64,000 nucleotides of DNA, from positions 28,975,342 to 29,039,341 of the forward strand of contig JARFYF010000052.1 of the NCBI GenBank assembly GCA_030265395.1, given 5' to 3'. Shown here one piece after another: positions 62,696-64,000 of this stretch. The DNA is from Rhina ancylostomus. Taxonomy: Eukaryota. The notes beneath the pieces were generated by a model. It had not been told where the DNA came from, did not search any database, and was given only the letters and a program-made list of their open reading frames with translations. Position numbers and translations under genes: made by a program. Position 1 is the first letter of the stretch, and every line of letters starts with the position of its first letter.

Positions 62696-62959
62696 AGAAT
62701 GGCTGTTATCTTGTTTCGTAAAATTTCTGAATTTGGGTTTCTTGAACCAATGAAAAGTTATCTGTTGCACATTGCCAGTCATCGAGCACATTCTTAGAAC
62801 TTCCTCTTCAAGTAATTATCTGATTACATTCCCAACTGACTGTGGAAGTGGGGCAGAGGCTTGTACCGATTCATTGGTTATGGGATTGCTTCATACCGCC
62901 TCAAGGAAATTGCATGTCTTTATGTGAAATACAGTAGAATAGTCATTCAGTCATAGCTG

Positions 62960-63270
62960 GGGTTCTGGATCATTGATCTAGAGACAAAAATTCAGACAGC
63001 AAATGGCAGCTGTGGAATTCAAATAACAAAATAAATCTGGAATTTTTAATAAGGATAGTCTCGGTGGTGGGATCCATGAAATTGCTGGAATGCCATGAAA
63101 ACTAATGTCCTTCAGGCAAAGAAGTCTGTTGTCCTCATCAATCTGGCTGTTATGTGATGCCAGACCCACTAATGTGGTTAACACTTTATGCTTCATTCTA
63201 GGAGCAATTAAGGATAGACACTAATAGTTGAGATGGCCACTGACACGCACATTCAATGAATAAATGAAAA
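62960..63270 (+). mobile_element. Decayed SINE
   Basis: atggcagctgtggaattcaaat...actaatgtccttcaggcaaagaagtctg...gagcaattaaggatagaca...aatgaataaatgaaaa. Further copies at 6595, 16700 and 50190. Confidence 0.65.
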
Positions 63271-64000
63271 ACCACAGCCAATATTAACTTTGATATTCAT
63301 TGTCTCAGCTAATCTTTCAATTAGTCTAATGGGAATTTTTGTAACTTAGTGTTCAGTTTCTCCTGATCACTTAACATTTCAAAAATTATTATTTTACTTT
63401 GACTAGATTTAGCTGCAAGAGTGAACAATTAGCTCCTTGGAGACATGTTATCATAAGAACAGGAGCAGCTAATAAAGTCCCTGGAGCCCACCTTGCCATT
63501 CAGCGAGATGTGTTTGAGCCTTCACTGAATGCCATGACCCAGTCTTGATTTCTCTGTAACAGAACTGGGTTTTACATGTTTCGTTTGTTTGTGTTTTCTC
63601 TGTGACATTGCTCAATGTCCTGTCAACCAGATTAACTTATTCAACAGCTTATCATAGTAACCCTTGCCTCACCTGATCAGAGGTGGTCCACGTCTTTTCC
63701 ATCTCTTCCCCACCATCTCAATTTTCTCAGTTCTGGCAAAGGATTTTTGGTTCTATTTTGTATTCCACAGGTGATACCTAACTAGCCGAGTTTCTTGCTA
63801 TTTTGATTTTGGGTTTCCAACTTCTGCAGTTTTGATTTTAAAAGTGTCCAAGGTTTGGAGTTAATCACACCACCTGACCAACAGGCCATATTAGAGTCTG
63901 TATGTTAGAGAAGAGAATGCACTTTACTGAGTTGAATGCATTCAGCCTGAGTCCTTGTCACGAATATTGATACTGCCTGCAAGTGGAGATGGAGCATTTG

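Overview
Eukaryotic, AT-rich, CpG-depleted vertebrate DNA from a gapped draft assembly. The repeat content (CR1 and Rex1/Babar LINEs, V-SINE/HE1-like and DeuSINE/SacSINE-like SINEs, Penelope-derived palindromes) points to a cartilaginous fish (inference). The only host coding sequence I can support is one 74-nt + strand exon (42416-42489, [24 protein letters not shown][S]), which matches exon 2 (start of the C2 domain) of the E3 ligase NEDD4L. The rest of the window reads as its flanking introns. Nearly all listed ORFs are decayed TE fragments, N-gap artefacts or noise. The best second-look items are: (1) short palindromic Penelope-derived inserts with 14-15 bp target duplications and decayed hammerhead-ribozyme cores, plus a fossil GIY-YIG fragment; (2) an unexplained 127-bp near-perfect palindrome in intron 2; (3) an inverted CR1-CR1 junction with a templated-repair scar; (4) several local duplications and a motif-dense TE-free block. 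I see no strong evidence of a wholly new biological system. TE family names come from motif recognition, not database searches, and TE boundaries are approximate.
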